From Macrostomum hystrix (lineage: Eukaryota > Animalia > Platyhelminthes), in the NCBI GenBank assembly GCA_950097015.1, contig CATNEN010000038.1:14384001-14448000 (forward strand): a stretch of 64,000 bases of DNA, written 5' to 3'. The translations under genes and the position numbers were made by a program. Shown in pieces: positions 62,574 to 64,000 of the stretch. Within the stretch, counting starts at the first letter, position 1; each line of letters starts with the position of its first letter. A model generated the notes under the pieces. That model made no database searches, was not told the DNA's origin, and worked only from the letters and a program-made list of their open reading frames with translations.

Positions 62574-63468
62574 TTGCTTTTGTCGCGCTATGTGGAACAG
62601 TGGACATGAAAAACGGAATGGCCCATGGAATTCTATGGCCGAGCGTTTGAATTCACACGAGAAAGAAGCCATAGACAACTCAAATTGTCATGCTACGAGT
62701 ATGTGGAACGATGAGCCAGAATAGAAGGAACGATTTTAGCTTTTATTTGTAGAAAGTATAAAAGCAAGCAGAAGCAGAATTGCATTCAAGTGAATCTTAT
62801 TATAAGTCTGAAATTGAAGCATCAGTTACAAAATTTGAACCCCTAAAACAGATGTCGCTGCAAACACAATCGAAACAATCGATTGCAGCGCGGCTCCCAG
62901 CCAGCGCACTTGTCAGCAGTGATTGCTTGACCAACAGCTTCAGTCGCCTCTCGTTCAAGTAGTATGAATCTCCACTGCTCAAGTAACACTCCTTCTGGTG
63001 GAAATTGCTCATCTTCAACTATGCCGGCTTCCGCCAAACGGTTTTTTGAGATTTGAATTCAACGCAGAGTTAGTAAATTCGGTCGGGTTTAGAAATGGTG
63101 AATACGGGGGTAGGATTCGTGTCGTAATTCTGTCCCGATGGTTCTCTCGGATCTCCACATTACGATGAAAATTTGGGCCATCCATAAAAATTATCCAGTT
63201 TCCGGTAGGGTCCAGTTGATGGCAGCGGTCTGCTAGGTGGTCTAAAAATTCTTGAAACATTTGCTGCGTTTGGCCAAGAAAATGAAAGCGTGTTGTCTCT
63301 GTGAAAAACTAAAATCGTTCCTTCTATTCTGGCTCATCGTTCCACATAGCATGACAATTTGAGTTGTCTATGGCTTCTTTCTCATGTGAATTCAAACGCT
63401 TGGCCATAGAATTCCATGGGCCGTTCCGTTTTGCATGTCCACTGTTCCACATAGCGCGACAAAAGCAA
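62574..63468 (-). mobile_element. Internally deleted Tc1/IS630-superfamily DNA transposon with ~165-170 bp TIRs and TA TSD
   Basis: 62574-62744 is the near-perfect reverse complement of 63304-63468, with TA at both flanks. It encloses a frameshifted DDE C-terminal fragment IIFMDGPNFH...ILPPYSPFLNPTE (63015-63260, continuing 62843-63037). Confidence 0.9.
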
Positions 63469-63645
63469 TACTCTAGCATTTTGCAGGCTAGTAGAGAAAA
63501 CAAGCAAGCAATTAAATAATCGATGACAAAGTCAGTGGAATTTTTTACACTCTGTGGTCAAAGCCATGTGCATTCCTGCAACCAAATAAATAATGTGAGC
63601 ACGCAATTCATAAGTCATCAGTTCTTGTGTTTCTTCAGCTCGAAA

Positions 63646-63938
63646 TGGACGCAATCGACATCGAGGAAGATGACATTTTTAAGGAGGATGGAGACAGCTC
63701 TGTCACAGCGGAGGACGCAGTTCAGGCGGCGGCAGCACGTGGTCCGTACTCCAAGATAAGCAACGAAAAATATGAACTGATAGTCAGTGCGCTTGAGCGA
63801 GGGGACAGTGCTGTGCAGATTTCGAGGTTTTTTAATGTAAAGGTACCAACTGTGTATACTATCCAACGGCGCTACGAGCTGACGGGACGTCGTGATCGAC
63901 TTAAGTCATGCAGCTGCCGCCGTACTCACCATTTTTGA
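63646..63938 (+). pseudogene. N-terminal HTH DNA-binding region of a Tc1-like transposase (truncated or frameshifted)
   Basis: YSKISNEKYELIVSALERGDSAVQISRFFNVKVPTVYTIQRRYELTG has the Tc1/IS630 paired-like HTH pattern. Confidence 0.7.
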
Positions 63939-64000
63939 ATCCGACTGAGAGTGCGCACTCCTGTCTGAAGGCGACAATAAAACGTCAGTTGTCTTTGCCC

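Overview
Eukaryotic (animal) genomic DNA, not prokaryotic: GC-rich exons are separated by GT-AG introns stuffed with locus-specific 18-32 bp minisatellites, tRNA-derived SINEs and DNA-transposon remnants. The style suggests a free-living flatworm such as Macrostomum (inference, unverified). Eight protein genes were reconstructed by hand. They are: ammonium transporter exon 1 (-); phytanoyl-CoA dioxygenase PHYH (-, 4 exons); METTL18-like histidine methyltransferase (-, 2 exons); an STPG/ODF3 PGP-repeat protein (+, 2 exons); a secreted mucin-like protein with a cationic Arg/His tail (+); a TM-less tandem-C2 synaptotagmin-like protein (+, 7 exons); a 7-EC protocadherin (-, 7 exons); and an SLCO/OATP transporter (+, 6 exons). 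Most long ORFs in the supplied track are artefacts of tandem repeats. The most notable observations are: (i) PHYH lacks the PTS2 leader and ends in PTS1 (AKL); (ii) it sits about 390 bp behind METTL18 in an operon-like, possibly trans-spliced arrangement; (iii) the mucin-like protein is a charge-segregated polyampholyte; (iv) the window records past transposon excision, with recurrent TA-CGAG-TA (Minos-type) footprints and a 36-bp P-element-type footprint with an 8-bp TSD; (v) a 32-bp array is built from nuclear-receptor IR1 sites; (vi) inverted SINEs flank SLCO exons.
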